From: Raillietiella orientalis
Taxonomy: Eukaryota
DNA: 64,000 nt
Assembly: GCA_036172245.1 (NCBI GenBank)
Contig: JAYWIR010000010.1
Location: 3,534,001-3,598,000 of the forward strand
Direction: 5' to 3'
In this document: positions 63,351 through 64,000 of the stretch, in pieces
Numbering within the stretch: position 1 is the stretch's first letter
How the letters are laid out: each line of letters begins with the position of its first letter
Notes under the pieces: generated by a model
What the model saw: only the letters and a program-made list of their open reading frames with translations
The model's database searches: none
Told to the model about the DNA's origin: nothing
Position numbers and translations under genes: made by a program

Positions 63351-64000
63351 AAGAGGTGCAGTGGTTACAAGATGGAATCCAAGAGTCTATAGCAATCTGA
63401 CTTTGTGGTCTGTGTTATCCGAAGCCGTCATCCGGCATATTGCACTCAGTTTACAGACTAAAGGAATCCACTCTTGATGGAGTCAAGAGGGAATCCCTTC
63501 CTCTTAACTGGAAACGCTTCAGAAAATCTGAAAAAATGGAAGTGGAAGGGGAAACATGAGATTACGTTTGAGAAAGTGAGAACATTTCTTCATTAGTAGC
63601 ACTTCTTGCACTCTCTGGATGCAATATGCCACCAAGCATGGCGCGTGTTGAACTTTGAAGCACTTGGACATCGAATAGACAGATGAATCCAAAAGATTTT
63701 GATTTAGAAAAAGAAAATGTTCGTGCTCTTTATTCATGAATACGCTTCTGTTCACAGTTTCCAGTTTTGTCACGACAGTTCAGCAAAGATTCTGTCGCTT
63801 TTGGTCTGCTGCCTTGCCATTTTCCCTACGCGACCTTCAGGTTAGACTCCCAGGAATGCTCTTCAGTTTTTGCTCTTCTCTTTCTCTCGATTTTTCAACT
63901 CTTCCCAAGTTGCGATCAGTAAATATCCTGCATCTCCCCATACTACCTGGCAAAATTTGGAATCTAGTATAGAAAAAGATTTCACATCAAATGCCCTCAA

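Overview
Eukaryotic, intron-containing, TE-rich DNA. It is probably arthropod, judged from an arthropod-type SmydA gene; the species cannot be determined from the sequence. Only one clearly intact protein-coding gene is visible: a minus-strand SET+MYND (SmydA-type) gene of about 531 aa after removing a 110-nt GT-AG intron, with altered SET catalytic motifs. Most of the rest is decayed sequence. Mobile elements: a near-full-length Tx1/L1-clade LINE, two 3' fragments of a second Tx1-like family, three restriction-like-endonuclease (NeSL/Utopia/R2-type) non-LTR relics, a Ty3/Gypsy gag-protease relic, a Transib (RAG1-core-like) transposase relic and a probable hAT relic. Pseudogene-like relics: two NACHT/NLR, one EF-1alpha-like GTPase and one closca-like. 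The most unexpected signal is five collinear minus-strand fragments over about 19.5 kb that hand-align to LRRC8/VRAC (pannexin-like TM region plus LRRs). All relic calls come from manual translation across frameshifts and from remembered family motifs, not from database searches, and their boundaries are approximate. No rRNA, tRNA or CRISPR array was recognised, and I found no convincing intact novel multi-gene system.
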